From an uncultured Rhabdochlamydiaceae bacterium (GTDB taxonomy: Bacteria > Chlamydiota > Chlamydiia > Chlamydiales > Rhabdochlamydiaceae), in contig CAVQHD010000001.1 in assembly GCA_963712275.1 (NCBI GenBank), positions 1,728,001 to 1,792,000 of the forward strand: a stretch of 64,000 nucleotides of DNA. Reading direction: 5' to 3'. Each line of letters starts with the position of its first letter. The stretch's first letter is position 1. The position numbers and the translations under genes were made by a program. Shown one piece after another: positions 10,088-24,675 of the stretch. The notes below the pieces were generated by a model. That model ran no database searches. It was not told the DNA's origin and was given only the letters and a program-made list of their open reading frames with translations.

Positions 10088-11662
10088 GAGGGAATTGCAA
10101 AACTAACGAAAGGGAAGACTTTTTCGGGTCCGTTTTAGCAAAACCTACAGCAACTCCGAAAAAGTCTTCCCTTTCGTCATTTCTGTAATAGCGTTGCGAT
10201 TTTCAACCACAAGTCACTTTTAACAAACACCTTGCGTCTGATATAATTAGCTTTCTGACAAACAATCACATCAGAGCAAGGAGCAAACCACGTGGGTCAG
10301 CTGACAGACACTTTATCAAAATATTGGGAAAAAATTCAAGGCTCTCTTTTCGCTTGGTTAGAAGAAGAGCTCGATCCACTGACAGAAAAGCAGCAACAAT
10401 TGGTTTCTATTTTGGAAGTGGTACGCATCGAAGACTTTCTTCCTTGCTATTACGGATGTGAGGGCCGCCCACAAAAAACACGTTCAGCAATTGCCAGATC
10501 ATTCGTTGTTAAAATGGTATACAATCTCGATACGACAACATTTTTGATTGATCGCTTGAAAAGCGATAAAAACCTACGACGTATTTGTGGGTGGGAATCT
10601 CTGTCTGAACTGCCTAGTGAGGCTACTTTTTCTAGAGCCTTCACTGAGTTTGCTAAAACAGGGCTTCCTCAGCGCGCACATGAGGCGCTGATTGTAAAGA
10701 CATTGAAAAACGAAGTCGTTTTGCATAATTCACGCGATTCAACCGCAATCGAGGCTCGAGAACGGCCGCAAACCAAAACTAAGAACAAGGCAACGGAAAA
10801 CAGTGAAGATCCGGATCAGGAATTGGAGCCAAAGAAAAAAGGTCGCCCTAAAAAAGGCCAAAAACGAGCCAAACCCGAACCTACGCGCATAGACAGACAA
10901 AAAACGATGACGCTAGAAGAAATGCTGGCTGATTTACCGACAGCATGCGACAAAGGTGCTAAAAAAGACAGCAAAGGTAATACAATGTACTGGACTGGCT
11001 ACAAGTTACATTTAGATACCATTGACGGAGGCATCCCTGTCAGCGCTATTGTTACTTCAGCTTCAGTTCATGACAGTCAGGTTGCAATTCCTCTGGCCAC
11101 TTTAACTGCCACGAGAATCATCAACTGCTATGACCTCATGGATGCCGCTTACGACATCCCAGGTATTATCGCACATAGCCAATCTCTCGGACACAAGCCC
11201 CTAATCGATAAGAATCCAAGAGCAGACAAACAGCTCAAAAAAGACCTTGAAGCGGAAAGTCTTGCAAGAAGAACTCTGAATTTAATTTTCCCAGAAACAC
11301 TGCGCTATAATGAAAGGACAGCTGCGGAACGAACCAATTCTCGTCTGAAAGACGAATTTGGTGCTTGCAAACTCAGGGTGCGCGGACTTAGTAAGGTTGC
11401 GTGCCATCTTATGTTTGGCGTGTTGGTATTGACAGCCGACCAATTGATGAAATTGGTCACGTAATCTTGCTGTAGGGTGAAAAAGTCTTCTGGCCAATGA
11501 TCAAATGGGCTCCCGCTTGTTCTCACAGTGAAGATTTTTTGGATAAAACATCTAAAATTACGAGACTGGAATCGAAAAAGTGATTTTTCGGGGCCTGCCA
11601 ACCGGTTTGCATTCACTATCCCCGAAAAATCACTTTTTCGTTTCTAGTTTTGCAATTCCCTC
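10088..11662 (+). mobile_element. Insertion sequence copy 1 (1575 bp, IS1182/IS5-like DDE)
   Basis: 18-bp terminal inverted repeats GAGGGAATTGCAAAACTA; 4-bp target duplication AATA (10084-10087, 11663-11666). Confidence 0.93.
10292..11464 (+). CDS. DDE transposase (IS1182/IS5-like)
   Basis: PSEATFSR, RDSTAIEARE, GYKLH, VHDS, LMDAAYD, ERTNSRLKD; AAGGAG SD before GTG. Confidence 0.92.
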   Translation: MGQLTDTLSKYWEKIQGSLFAWLEEELDPLTEKQQQLVSILEVVRIEDFLPCYYGCEGRPQKTRSAIARSFVVKMVYNLDTTTFLIDRLKSDKNLRRICGWESLSELPSEATFSRAFTEFAKTGLPQRAHEALIVKTLKNEVVLHNSRDSTAIEARERPQTKTKNKATENSEDPDQELEPKKKGRPKKGQKRAKPEPTRIDRQKTMTLEEMLADLPTACDKGAKKDSKGNTMYWTGYKLHLDTIDGGIPVSAIVTSASVHDSQVAIPLATLTATRIINCYDLMDAAYDIPGIIAHSQSLGHKPLIDKNPRADKQLKKDLEAESLARRTLNLIFPETLRYNERTAAERTNSRLKDEFGACKLRVRGLSKVACHLMFGVLVLTADQLMKLVT

Positions 11663-11771
11663 AATATACAATCGACTTTCGACTCTAAATTTAAATAAAA
11701 TTAAGGAGTTTCAAATGTCCCTCGTCCATAAAATAGGACCCAACGCCGCAGCTATAAATCGGATATTAAAT

Positions 11772-13346
11772 GAGGGAATTGCAAAACTAACGAAAGGGAA
11801 GACTTTTTCGGGTCCGTTTTAGCAAAACCTACAGCAACTCCGAAAAAGTCTTCCCTTTCGTCATTTCTGTAATAGCGTTGCGATTTTCAACCACAAGTCA
11901 CTTTTAACAAACACCTTGCGTCTGATATAATTAGCTTTCTGACAAACAATCACATCAGAGCAAGGAGCAAACCACGTGGGTCAGCTGACAGACACTTTAT
12001 CAAAATATTGGGAAAAAATTCAAGGCTCTCTTTTCGCTTGGTTAGAAGAAGAGCTCGATCCACTGACAGAAAAGCAGCAACAATTGGTTTCTATTTTGGA
12101 AGTGGTACGCATCGAAGACTTTCTTCCTTGCTATTACGGATGTGAGGGCCGCCCACAAAAAACACGTTCAGCAATTGCCAGATCATTCGTTGTTAAAATG
12201 GTATACAATCTCGATACGACAACATTTTTGATTGATCGCTTGAAAAGCGATAAAAACCTACGACGTATTTGTGGGTGGGAATCTCTGTCTGAACTGCCTA
12301 GTGAGGCTACTTTTTCTAGAGCCTTCACTGAGTTTGCTAAAACAGGGCTTCCTCAGCGCGCACATGAGGCGCTGATTGTAAAGACATTGAAAAACGAAGT
12401 CGTTTTGCATAATTCACGCGATTCAACCGCAATCGAGGCTCGAGAACGGCCGCAAACCAAAACTAAGAACAAGGCAACGGAAAACAGTGAAGATCCGGAT
12501 CAGGAATTGGAGCCAAAGAAAAAAGGTCGCCCTAAAAAAGGCCAAAAACGAGCCAAACCCGAACCTACGCGCATAGACAGACAAAAAACGATGACGCTAG
12601 AAGAAATGCTGGCTGATTTACCGACAGCATGCGACAAAGGTGCTAAAAAAGACAGCAAAGGTAATACAATGTACTGGACTGGCTACAAGTTACATTTAGA
12701 TACCATTGACGGAGGCATCCCTGTCAGCGCTATTGTTACTTCAGCTTCAGTTCATGACAGTCAGGTTGCAATTCCTCTGGCCACTTTAACTGCCACGAGA
12801 ATCATCAACTGCTATGACCTCATGGATGCCGCTTACGACATCCCAGGTATTATCGCACATAGCCAATCTCTCGGACACAAGCCCCTAATCGATAAGAATC
12901 CAAGAGCAGACAAACAGCTCAAAAAAGACCTTGAAGCGGAAAGTCTTGCAAGAAGAACTCTGAATTTAATTTTCCCAGAAACACTGCGCTATAATGAAAG
13001 GACAGCTGCGGAACGAACCAATTCTCGTCTGAAAGACGAATTTGGTGCTTGCAAACTCAGGGTGCGCGGACTTAGTAAGGTTGCGTGCCATCTTATGTTT
13101 GGCGTGTTGGTATTGACAGCCGACCAATTGATGAAATTGGTCACGTAATCTTGCTGTAGGGTGAAAAAGTCTTCTGGCCAATGATCAAATGGGCTCCCGC
13201 TTGTTCTCACAGTGAAGATTTTTTGGATAAAACATCTAAAATTACGAGACTGGAATCGAAAAAGTGATTTTTCGGGGCCTGCCAACCGGTTTGCATTCAC
13301 TATCCCCGAAAAATCACTTTTTCGTTTCTAGTTTTGCAATTCCCTC
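11772..13346 (+). mobile_element. Insertion sequence copy 2 (apparently identical to copy 1)
   Basis: Same TIRs, offset 1684 bp; own 4-bp target duplication AAAT (11768-11771, 13347-13350). Confidence 0.93.
11976..13148 (+). CDS. DDE transposase (IS1182/IS5-like), second copy
   Basis: Protein identical to 10292..11464. Confidence 0.92.
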   Translation: MGQLTDTLSKYWEKIQGSLFAWLEEELDPLTEKQQQLVSILEVVRIEDFLPCYYGCEGRPQKTRSAIARSFVVKMVYNLDTTTFLIDRLKSDKNLRRICGWESLSELPSEATFSRAFTEFAKTGLPQRAHEALIVKTLKNEVVLHNSRDSTAIEARERPQTKTKNKATENSEDPDQELEPKKKGRPKKGQKRAKPEPTRIDRQKTMTLEEMLADLPTACDKGAKKDSKGNTMYWTGYKLHLDTIDGGIPVSAIVTSASVHDSQVAIPLATLTATRIINCYDLMDAAYDIPGIIAHSQSLGHKPLIDKNPRADKQLKKDLEAESLARRTLNLIFPETLRYNERTAAERTNSRLKDEFGACKLRVRGLSKVACHLMFGVLVLTADQLMKLVT

Positions 13347-13870
13347 AAATAACTGGCCTAATGCTAGATCTGAAAGATTTATCATCATGATTGCTAACAA
13401 TTTATTTTATAAGCTTGCAAAAGCACCCATGTCATCCGTTCGTCCTCTTAATGCTTTTATACGTGTTTTCAACGTTATTGGTGCGGTAAAAGAAAAAAAT
13501 CTTCCTAGGTTTGTCTGTGAAGTCGCTGCTTTTTCAGCATTATTTTTCCCTCATGGCTTGGTAATCTCCATTGCAATCGATTGTGTCTCTGAATTTGAAA
13601 ATATATATACCTCCTCCACACCTCTCACTCTTGATAAAAAAACGATGACCCGAGAAAGGGCTTTGAGCCTTTTAAAACTTACGGAAGATCGAGTAAAGGA
13701 AGACCTCGATAGTAAGTATGAAGACGTTAGGCAGGCTCTGGAAACAAGAAAAGCCGCAGTTCCACCTTTTTTTGCTAGTCAACTTGCTCTTATGCTGGCA
13801 AATGCAAAACTAGCCTACGATGTGCTCAAGGGAGATCCAAACACCGGCAGCAATTAATACCGTTCTTATT

Positions 13871-14038
13871 GAGGGAGCTCGCAAAACTCCGATTTGGGGC
13901 CAAATCCGCGCTTTTTGGGCAGGATCCGGATTCTGCACAAATCGCCTACTCTCAGCCGAGTATGTCAATTTGCGCAGAACCCGGCCCTGCCCAAAAATCA
14001 TCGAACTTGGCCTCCAAAGCGAGTTTGGCAACTCCCTC
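13871..14038. mobile_element. Palindromic MITE (168 bp) with IS-like ends
   Basis: GAGGGAGCTCGCAAAACTC...GAGTTTGGCAACTCCCTC; TATT duplicated on both flanks; internal extended hairpin. Confidence 0.82.
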
Positions 14039-14097
14039 TATTAAAACAGCCCCCCCTTCCTGGGAAGTTCCTCATTCGGTATACTGCTCTCTAACAT

Positions 14098-17000
14098 ATG
14101 AAAATTGTTTTGAAAAGGGTGCAGGTTCACAACCTTAAGTCGGTCGATTTGACGCTGGAGCCGTTTCAGTTGATTGTCTTTACAGGAGTCTCAGGGTCGG
14201 GCAAATCGTCTCTGGCTTTTGACACGATTTATACGGAGGGGCAAAGGCGGTATGTTGAATCTCTTTCGACCTATGCAAGGCGGCATCTAGGCGATTTTCC
14301 CAAGCCGGATGCCGACCGCATTGAGGGAATTTCACCGACGATTGCCATTGAGCAAAAGACCGCAGGGAGAACGCCTCGCTCAACCGTTGCAACGATGACG
14401 GGCATCTACGACTTTTTGCGGGTGCTCTTTGCAAGAGCTGCAGTGGCTCACTGCCCTGTGAGCGGAGAGGCGGTGACGCCCCAGAGTCCGGTGCAGGTGA
14501 TTGCTACTCTGAGCGCGCTCCCTGAAGGGACTCGGCTGATGATCTTAAGCCCCTTCGCCAGGGGAAAAAAGGGGGAGTTTAAAGAGGAGTTTTTAGAGCT
14601 GCAGCGCAAGGGGTTTACGCGCATTCGACTGGATGGCGCTCTTGTTGAGCTTTCAGAGAGTCTTTCGATCGATAAGCAAAAACCCCACGATCTTGATCTT
14701 GTGATCGATCGGATTGCTCTTCCCAATGAATCTCGTCTGAAAGAAGCGACGATGCAAGCGCTGGAGCTTGGAGGAGGACTCATGAGCGCTTTAAATGTCG
14801 ATACTCAAGAGGAGCTTTTTTTCTCTCAGCACGCCTATGCAAAGAAATCAGGGCTTTCTTATCCGCCCTTAGAGCCGTCCGATTTTTCTTTCAACCACCC
14901 GAGCGGAATGTGCCCGACATGTCAAGGGCTCGGAGTGTCGCGTACCTTCATTCTGGAGAAAGTGATCGACCCCAACTTGAGCATCGCAGAAGACTGCTGC
15001 CTGATTGCCCCCTCTTACAAAACTGTTCGCTTTGGAAATATCTACGACAACTTGGCAAGGCTCTATCAGTTTAAGGTAAGCACTCCGTGGAAAAAGCTTC
15101 CCCAGAAAGGGAAAGAGGCTTTTTTATACGGCATTTCTCAGAAATGGACGCGCATGTTATTTGCCCACCCGCACCGCTCCTCTCGGTGGGTTGAGTATGT
15201 TCACTGGCGGGGCGCTCTTCAAGAAGCGCTCGATCGGTACCATGCAGCGACAAGCGATGTCTACAGGCAAAAGATGGATGCTCTCATGGAGGAGAGCCTC
15301 TGCCCGGCATGTCATGGGAGCCGCTTAAGACCCTATCCTTCTGCTGCCCGGGTGAATGGAAAGACAATTACGCAAATCACCGCCCTTTCAATTGAAGAGG
15401 CGGTGCAATTTTTCAAAAAAGTCACTCGAACACCCATTTCCGAGGAGCTCATTAAAGAAATCGGTCATCGGCTTGAATTTCTCTTGGGTGTAGGCCTTGG
15501 CTACCTGACATTAGATCGTGTTGCACCTACGCTTTCTGGAGGAGAAGCTCAGCGGGTTCGCCTTGCATCGCAGATTGGATCAGGGCTTGTAAGCACCACA
15601 TATGTTCTCGATGAGCCTTCCATTGGGCTTCACCCGATTGACAACCACCGTCTTTTAACCACTCTGAAAAAATTGAGAGATCAAGGAAATACCGTGATTG
15701 TGGTTGAGCATGACGCGGAGACGATTTTTGCAGCCGACACAGTCGTCGATATTGGTCCACTGGCTGGCACAAAAGGGGGGGAAGTTCTCTACTGCGGTCC
15801 TGTGGATGGGCTTTTGAAATGCGATAGATCCCTGACGGGAGATTACCTCTCGGGAAGGCGCCACATCCCTCTTCTCAAGAAGCGACGCAAACCGTCCAAA
15901 GAAAAACTGACGATTGATGAAGCCTCTCACCACAATCTTAAAAAGATCACCGTTTCCATCCCTCTGGGGTTATTTGTCGCCGTGACAGGAGTCTCGGGCT
16001 CAGGAAAATCATCCCTGATCTCCGATATCCTCTATCCTGCTCTTGCCAATCACTTGCAAGGAGCTCAGCTTCGCGTGGGCGCCCACCGATCGATCGAAGG
16101 GCTGGCATGGGTGGATAAAGTGATTGGCATCGATCAAACCCCCATTGGTAAAACACCCCGATCAAATCCCGCAACCTATATCAAGCTCTTCGATGAGATT
16201 CGAGATCTTTTTAGCCAGCTGCCGGAGAGCGTGGCGCTAGGCTATAAACCCGGACGTTTTAGCTTTAATGTGAAAGAAGGGTCGTGTCCCCATTGCAGCG
16301 GGATGGGAATGGTCAAAGTCGATATGGACTTTTTGGAAGATGAGTGGTCTCCCTGTCTCCATTGTGAAGGGAAACGGTTTGATGATAAAACCCTCTCCAT
16401 TCGTTTTAAGGGGAAAAACATTCACGATGTCCTTGAAATGCCTGTAGCCGAAGCGGCTCAATTTTTTGATTCGATCCCCTCTATTAAGGCCAAATTAGAG
16501 ACCCTTTTAAAAGTCGGACTTGATTACCTGCGGCTGGGGCAACCCTCCCCGACTCTCTCTGGAGGAGAGGCGCAGCGGATTAAACTTGCAAAAGAGCTTG
16601 CAAGGCCAGCCACCGGCAAAACCGTCTACCTGCTAGACGAGCCCACCACAGGACTTCATTTCCACGACATTGGAAAGTTGATTGAGATTCTTCAGTCGCT
16701 AGTCGCCCGCGGCAATACGGTGATTGTGATCGAGCACAATATGGACCTTGTGAAGGCCTCCGATTGGATCATTGAACTCGGCCCTGAGGGAGGAGCAAAA
16801 GGAGGGAAACTGCTGGCAGAAGGATCTGCTGAAAAACTCTCCAAAGGATCTTCTCCAACAGGCATTGCTTTAAAACAGCTCTTTCATCCTCAAGAAGGAG
16901 GTATAAGAAACGTTTCTCCTGTGACAGCTATCGTCGTTGAAGGGGCCTGCCAAAACAACTTGAAATCGATTTCAGCCCGCATCCCTCGAGGGCAAATCAC

Positions 17001-19608
17001 CGTCTGCACGGGCCCTTCAGGCTCTGGAAAAAGCTCCTTTGCCTTTGAAACCGTCTATGCAGAAGGGCAAAGGCGGTATGTCGAGTCGATGTCTCCTTTT
17101 GCCAGGCAGTTCATCAAACAAATGGGAAAGCCTAAGCTCGATCATATCGACGGTCTCTCCCCAGCGATTGCAATTGAGCAAAAAAACCACGCTGGCAATC
17201 CTCGCAGCACTGTTGGAACGATGACAGAAGCATACGATTTTCTTCGCATTTTATATGCTTATCTTGGCACCCCCTACTCTCCTCAAACAGGCGTCCGGCT
17301 AGAAGCTGTCACCGCTCGCTTTGTTGTAGAGAAACTCATGCAGCTAGCTCCAAACACAAAGCTCCATATTTTAGCACCCCTCAAGCTCAAAAAAGGAGAG
17401 CAGTTTTTAGAGTTCTCTTCAAGACTTCAGCATCAAGGGTATCTTCGCATCCGTTTAAATGGAGCTTATAAAGAACTCGATGAAACCATTCTCTTTGAAC
17501 CGAATCGAAAAAATGATCTTTTTCTTGTTATCGACCGGTGTATTCTCTCAGCCGATTCAACTCCCCGTCTTTTAGAGGCAATCGAGCACGCCACGACATT
17601 TTCTAAAGGCGTTGTCACTATCGACACCGAAGGGAAAGATCTCTTTTTTAACCTTGCCTTTTCCGACCCGACAACGGGAACTTCCTACCCTTCCATTACG
17701 CCTCACACATTTTCTTTTAATACAGAACAAGGGATGTGCCCCGACTGCTTAGGGCTTGGGTTTCAATTTGGGGTCGACCTCAAAGGACATCGCGAACTGC
17801 TCGCTCTCTCCCCTATTGGGCTTTTGCGCAACCTTTGGAAAGAGACAGCTTCTCCCTACGCTTTACGCCTCACTGAAGAACTTTTGCTCAGCTACGATAT
17901 CGACCCCGACCTTCCCCTTAAAAAACAGCCCCCCGCCCATCTCCACCTCCTCTTCCAAGGTCCCATGAAACGGAAAAATATGGAGTGGCTGGGCTTAAGC
18001 CATGTCCTGGGGAAAGCAGCTAAACTCCGCTCTGACTACCGAGAAGCCTTTGCACCCCTTCTCACGCAAACCACCTGCCTCAGCTGCCAAGGGAGCAGGC
18101 TTCATCCTCTGGCTCGCCACGTCAAAATCGAAGATGTCACCATTGCCGATTTTTGCCATCTCTCCATTGAAGAGGCGCTCAAGTTCATAGAGCGGTGGAA
18201 TACCCCCTCTTATCTGGAGGAGCCTTATCGCCAGCTCCAGCATCGTCTCCATTTTTTAGTTGCTATCGGCCTCGGTTATCTTTCACTCGATCGAAGCGCT
18301 CCGACCCTCTCAGGGGGCGAAACGCAGCGCATCCGCCTCTCCCGCCAACTCGGAAGCGGCCTCACGGGGTGCCTCTATGTTCTCGACGAGCCCACCATCG
18401 GACTTCACCCTAAGGATAACCTCAAACTCAACACCGCCCTCCTCAAACTCAAAGAAATGGGCAATACTCTTCTTCTTGTCGAACACGACCCCCTCACTCT
18501 GCAAATTGCTGATTATATCCTTGATTTTGGACCTAAGGCAGGGAAAGAAGGAGGACAAATCACAGCCCAAGGGACCCTCAGCCAAATTCTCAACAATCCT
18601 CAGTCACTCACGGGCGCTTATCTCAGCGGCCAAAAAAAAGTGCCCCAGAGAACCCAAAGGCGCCGCCCGAAAGATTATTTTTCCCTCATTGAATGCTCTG
18701 CTCATAACTTGCAACGGTTCACCTTTAACCTCCCTGTTGGCGTACTCTCTTGCCTGACAGGAGTATCAGGAAGCGGCAAATCGACGCTCCTGCATGATGT
18801 GCTGCGTCCTACAGTGGAAAAAGATCTTGAGAAAACCCCTTGGAATCAACTGATCGCCCTCGAGCAAAACCCTTTAGGTCAAACGAGCAGATCTGACATC
18901 TCCACCTATGTCGATCTTCTGACCCCGCTCCGGTCCCTATTTGCCTCTCTTCCCCTTGCGAAAACCAAGGGGCTCGAACCGAAACATTTTAGCTTTAACC
19001 ACCGCCGCGGGATGTGCCAAACATGCCAGGGACACGGGACGCGAACCATTGAGCTACAGTTTTTGCCTCCCGTTAAAATCACCTGCGAGTCGTGCCACGG
19101 CTTCCGCCTCAATCCCCTCTCCCTCACCGTTGAATATAAGGGAAAACATCTAGGGCACATTCTTCAAATGACCACGTCAGAAGCCAGGCCATTTTTTGAT
19201 GCCTTTCCCAAAATCGTTAAAATTTTAGACACCCTCATTGCCGTTGGTCTCGACTACGTCCAGCTTGGGCAAGAGGTCGCCACCCTCTCTGGCGGAGAGC
19301 AGCAACGGATTCGGCTTTCTAGAGAACTCTCCCGCCGCTCCTCCGGGAAAACCCTCTACCTTCTTGATGAACCCACCGTCGGACTCCACGCCGATGACAT
19401 CGTCAAACTCCTGAGTATCTTCCATCTCCTCGTCGACCGCGGCAACACCGTCGTCGTGATTGAACACAACCTCGACGTCATCAAAAACGCCGACTACCTC
19501 TTCGACCTAGGTCCCGGCGCCGGAGCCGCTGGCGGAGAACTGATTGCCGAAGGAACCCCCGAAGAGCTTAAAGCCAACCCAAAATCTGTAACAGGCGGAT
19601 ATCTTTAG
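14098..19608 (+). CDS. uvrA: Excinuclease ABC subunit A, tandem double-length chlamydial type
   Basis: Four GxSGSGKS Walker A motifs, four LSGGE signatures, zinc-finger CxxC pairs; two fused UvrA units. Confidence 0.96.
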   Translation: MKIVLKRVQVHNLKSVDLTLEPFQLIVFTGVSGSGKSSLAFDTIYTEGQRRYVESLSTYARRHLGDFPKPDADRIEGISPTIAIEQKTAGRTPRSTVATMTGIYDFLRVLFARAAVAHCPVSGEAVTPQSPVQVIATLSALPEGTRLMILSPFARGKKGEFKEEFLELQRKGFTRIRLDGALVELSESLSIDKQKPHDLDLVIDRIALPNESRLKEATMQALELGGGLMSALNVDTQEELFFSQHAYAKKSGLSYPPLEPSDFSFNHPSGMCPTCQGLGVSRTFILEKVIDPNLSIAEDCCLIAPSYKTVRFGNIYDNLARLYQFKVSTPWKKLPQKGKEAFLYGISQKWTRMLFAHPHRSSRWVEYVHWRGALQEALDRYHAATSDVYRQKMDALMEESLCPACHGSRLRPYPSAARVNGKTITQITALSIEEAVQFFKKVTRTPISEELIKEIGHRLEFLLGVGLGYLTLDRVAPTLSGGEAQRVRLASQIGSGLVSTTYVLDEPSIGLHPIDNHRLLTTLKKLRDQGNTVIVVEHDAETIFAADTVVDIGPLAGTKGGEVLYCGPVDGLLKCDRSLTGDYLSGRRHIPLLKKRRKPSKEKLTIDEASHHNLKKITVSIPLGLFVAVTGVSGSGKSSLISDILYPALANHLQGAQLRVGAHRSIEGLAWVDKVIGIDQTPIGKTPRSNPATYIKLFDEIRDLFSQLPESVALGYKPGRFSFNVKEGSCPHCSGMGMVKVDMDFLEDEWSPCLHCEGKRFDDKTLSIRFKGKNIHDVLEMPVAEAAQFFDSIPSIKAKLETLLKVGLDYLRLGQPSPTLSGGEAQRIKLAKELARPATGKTVYLLDEPTTGLHFHDIGKLIEILQSLVARGNTVIVIEHNMDLVKASDWIIELGPEGGAKGGKLLAEGSAEKLSKGSSPTGIALKQLFHPQEGGIRNVSPVTAIVVEGACQNNLKSISARIPRGQITVCTGPSGSGKSSFAFETVYAEGQRRYVESMSPFARQFIKQMGKPKLDHIDGLSPAIAIEQKNHAGNPRSTVGTMTEAYDFLRILYAYLGTPYSPQTGVRLEAVTARFVVEKLMQLAPNTKLHILAPLKLKKGEQFLEFSSRLQHQGYLRIRLNGAYKELDETILFEPNRKNDLFLVIDRCILSADSTPRLLEAIEHATTFSKGVVTIDTEGKDLFFNLAFSDPTTGTSYPSITPHTFSFNTEQGMCPDCLGLGFQFGVDLKGHRELLALSPIGLLRNLWKETASPYALRLTEELLLSYDIDPDLPLKKQPPAHLHLLFQGPMKRKNMEWLGLSHVLGKAAKLRSDYREAFAPLLTQTTCLSCQGSRLHPLARHVKIEDVTIADFCHLSIEEALKFIERWNTPSYLEEPYRQLQHRLHFLVAIGLGYLSLDRSAPTLSGGETQRIRLSRQLGSGLTGCLYVLDEPTIGLHPKDNLKLNTALLKLKEMGNTLLLVEHDPLTLQIADYILDFGPKAGKEGGQITAQGTLSQILNNPQSLTGAYLSGQKKVPQRTQRRRPKDYFSLIECSAHNLQRFTFNLPVGVLSCLTGVSGSGKSTLLHDVLRPTVEKDLEKTPWNQLIALEQNPLGQTSRSDISTYVDLLTPLRSLFASLPLAKTKGLEPKHFSFNHRRGMCQTCQGHGTRTIELQFLPPVKITCESCHGFRLNPLSLTVEYKGKHLGHILQMTTSEARPFFDAFPKIVKILDTLIAVGLDYVQLGQEVATLSGGEQQRIRLSRELSRRSSGKTLYLLDEPTVGLHADDIVKLLSIFHLLVDRGNTVVVIEHNLDVIKNADYLFDLGPGAGAAGGELIAEGTPEELKANPKSVTGGYL

Positions 19609-19711
19609 GCTCTAACTTGCTTAGAAAAATCTTTTAAAGCTCTTTCTAGCACTGCAAATCAAAAAAATAGATTTACAACTTAAAAAAATGTCATTCGTGT
19701 AGAATTTAACC

Positions 19712-20614
19712 ATGGCGTCATGCATAGAAACAATCAGCCCTCGTGTCGACATCGCCTTTAAAAAGATTTTTGGTGTTGAAGAGAATAAAGACCTCTTAAT
19801 CTCGCTCATTAACTCGATTGTAGGACCCGAGGATCAAGTCACCGATGTGACCCTTTTAAACCCTTATAATCCTAAAAATTTTAGAGATGATAAGCTCTCG
19901 ATCTTAGACATCAAAGCCGAAGGCAAAGATGGGAAGCGATTCAATATCGAAATTCAAATCAGTGATGAAGCCGATTACGATAAAAGAGCCCTCTACTACT
20001 GGGCAAAACTGTATACGGAGCAGCTCAAAGCCACAGAAGATTACGCTCTATTATCCAAAGCTATCGGAATTCATATCCTCAACTTTACCTCGATTCCCCA
20101 AGTCGATAAGTATCACAACGTCTTCCATATCCGAGAACAAGCGAGCCACCTGCCCTATTTTGAAGACTTAGAACTGCATACCATCGAGCTAAAGAAGTTC
20201 TGCAGCAACCGTCAAGAAGAGCTCTCCGATCTGATCGTTAAAGTGAAAACGTCTCTCGATATGTGGGTCGCTTTTTTAACGCGGCATGATCTGCTCAAAA
20301 AAGATCACCTGCCAGCTCCTTTAAACGATCCGTCTCTGCAAAAAGCCCTCCATGTGCTGGATGTGATGAACTTTGGCCCTGAAGAGCGAGAAGCGTATGA
20401 AGACCATCTTAAATGGCTGAGAATTGAAACGAATACCCTGAAAAAAGCAGAAGAAAAAGGACGAAAACAAGGAATCCAAGAAGGAAAAGAACTTGGGATC
20501 CAAGAAGGGAAGAGAGAAAAGAGTTTAGAAGTCGCCCAAAAGATGCTTCTACAAGGATTTTCTATGAAGCAAGTCTTTCAGATCACTGGACTTTCCGAGA
20601 TAGATATTAAGTAG
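19712..20614 (+). CDS. Rpn family PD-(D/E)XK nuclease / putative transposase
   Basis: DIAFKKIFG, LDIKA...FNIEIQ, RALYYWAKLY, C-terminal EGKxxG repeats and ITGLS tail. Confidence 0.9.
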   Translation: MASCIETISPRVDIAFKKIFGVEENKDLLISLINSIVGPEDQVTDVTLLNPYNPKNFRDDKLSILDIKAEGKDGKRFNIEIQISDEADYDKRALYYWAKLYTEQLKATEDYALLSKAIGIHILNFTSIPQVDKYHNVFHIREQASHLPYFEDLELHTIELKKFCSNRQEELSDLIVKVKTSLDMWVAFLTRHDLLKKDHLPAPLNDPSLQKALHVLDVMNFGPEEREAYEDHLKWLRIETNTLKKAEEKGRKQGIQEGKELGIQEGKREKSLEVAQKMLLQGFSMKQVFQITGLSEIDIK

Positions 20615-20862
20615 CATTAGGTATGCTTTTGGAGACAGCATGATCCCATCAATACGCATGGCTTTACCTGTAGGGATAGCTCTTGAGCTATGCCCCATCA
20701 TTCTTTCAAATCTATTTCTTCATCCGCTTCTATAGTTGAAGGCTCGTTTGTTGAAGAAGGAAGAGCTTTTTGATTGAAGTAATTTAAGATAGCTTGCCGT
20801 TGGGCAGAATTTAAGTTAATCTGCGGACGAAATCTTTTGATAAATCACCCTTAATTAAGATT

Positions 20863-24501
<3,639 letters not shown>

Positions 24502-24504
<3 letters not shown>

Positions 24505-24675
24505 AAGCTGTCTTAAAACTCAGATTTCGTCGCTTTTTGGAGGATTTTTGGCCAATTTTCGCTTTATTTGGTGGGGGTAATATACGAAAGTTGATATAAC
24601 CCCCACCAAATAAAGCGAAAATTGGCTCAAAAAGCCCCAAAAATCGACAGAAACTGAGGTTTAAGACAGCTTCTA
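24502..24675. mobile_element. Palindromic MITE, GAAGCTGTCTTAAAAC type, filling the gap between convergent genes
   Basis: TAGAAGCTGTCTTAAA...TTTAAGACAGCTTCTA, long imperfect palindrome; related copy at 42947-43096. Confidence 0.85.

Larger units (their letters stand above)
11715..13857 (+). pseudogene. 187-aa hypothetical gene split by IS copy 2 after codon 19; C-terminus resembles a J-like domain
   Basis: AAGGAG SD and ATG at 11715; removing the IS and one AAAT copy joins MSLVHKIGPNAAAINRILN in frame to NWPNARSER... ending at 13857. Confidence 0.8.

Noticed and set aside
10088..13346. Composite transposon
   Set aside because: Each IS has its own target duplication and the outer flanks (AATA, AAAT) differ, so the pair did not insert as a unit
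13810..14138. Four overlapping short ORFs upstream of uvrA
   Set aside because: All run through the palindromic MITE and lack coding features
14098..19608. Double-length UvrA as a novel fusion
   Set aside because: Tandem UvrA is an established feature of Chlamydiae
20670..20700. tRNA-like 5' end GGGGCATAGCTCA on the minus strand
   Set aside because: No T-loop, anticodon arm or acceptor pairing; explained by a local hairpin
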